Origin: Candidatus Latescibacterota bacterium
GTDB lineage: Bacteria > Latescibacterota > UBA2968 > GCA-2709665
Direction of reading: 5' to 3'
DNA: 64,000 nucleotides
NCBI GenBank assembly: GCA_965208835.1
Contig: OZ242358.1
Span: forward strand, 1,216,001-1,280,000
The notes below the pieces were generated by a model. That model made no database searches, was not told the DNA's origin, and worked only from the letters and a program-made list of their open reading frames with translations. The position numbers and the translations under genes are program-made. Below, one piece after another: positions 63,790-64,000 of the stretch (within the stretch, counting starts at the first letter, position 1; the number at the start of each line of letters is the position of its first letter).

Positions 63790-64000
63790 ATGCAAAAGCT
63801 TCGGATTGCGGTGATCGGCGTGGGGGTGGATCCGGGTTCCCGGGCGCGCCAGTATCTCGGTACAATCGTCCGGTTGTCGGATCATTACGAACTGGTCGGA
63901 ATCTGCGACCGTGACGAACGCGCACTGGCCGAAGCGTCAGCCGGCACTTCAACGGCCTGTTTTCGGGACATCGGGTCTCTCTTCGCTTCGGCCAGACCCG
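63790..64000 (+). CDS. Gfo/Idh/MocA oxidoreductase, partial (runs off window)
   Basis: Manual translation MQKLRIAVIGVG...YELVGICDRD...SLFASARP; RBS GAGG. Confidence 0.75.
   Translation, partial: MQKLRIAVIGVGVDPGSRARQYLGTIVRLSDHYELVGICDRDERALAEASAGTSTACFRDIGSLFASARP

Noticed and set aside
420-63885. Numerous long antisense or alternate-frame ORFs (e.g. 9369-10670, 15455-16429, 20232-21422, 22604-23887, 24603-25739)
   Set aside because: Shadow ORFs expected in high-GC DNA opposite well-supported genes; Arg/Pro/His-rich with no family motifs

Overview
GC-rich bacterial chromosome segment with no rRNA, tRNA, CRISPR array, integrase or transposase detected. It has four parts. (1) 1-13.7 kb: an RND efflux adaptor and an unusual TolC fusion, uppP, and a sugar/amino-acid catabolic run. 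(2) 13.9-24.0 kb: a FadR/GntR regulator with a TGGTCTGACCA operator, divergent from a 9-gene corrinoid methyl-transfer operon (hypothetical, MtaA/CmuA methyltransferase, corrinoid protein, small Cys protein, ASKHA/RACE activator, MetF-MetV fusion, pterin-binding methyltransferase, homocysteine methyltransferase, 'Virulence_fact' protein). This is followed by an amino-sugar-like locus and recD2. (3) 31.5-46.4 kb: a visibly lower-GC accessory island. A single-chain GAF-PAS-HK-REC-wHTH regulator faces an array of secreted modular proteins (cohesin-like, dockerin/EF-hand-like, internalin LRR, CARDB, FN3, leishmanolysin-like metalloprotease) interspersed with orphan DNA copies of the shared modules. 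(4) 46.5-64 kb: a housekeeping run lepA-lepB-hemW-thrB-wza/wzz-like-core MetE-giant NHL/FG-GAP/dockerin protein-tsaC. At least five families of short non-autonomous repeats (MITE/REP-like) occupy intergenic junctions; two are nested inside others and several supply or overlap stop codons. The eukaryote-like/dockerin protein repertoire suggests a marine sponge-symbiont lineage such as Latescibacterota/Gemmatimonadota (inference only). Best candidates for a new system are the cohesin-dockerin protease/adhesin array with shuffling remnants, and the extended split-MetH/CmuA-like methyl-routing operon. All domain calls come from motif recognition by eye, not database searches.
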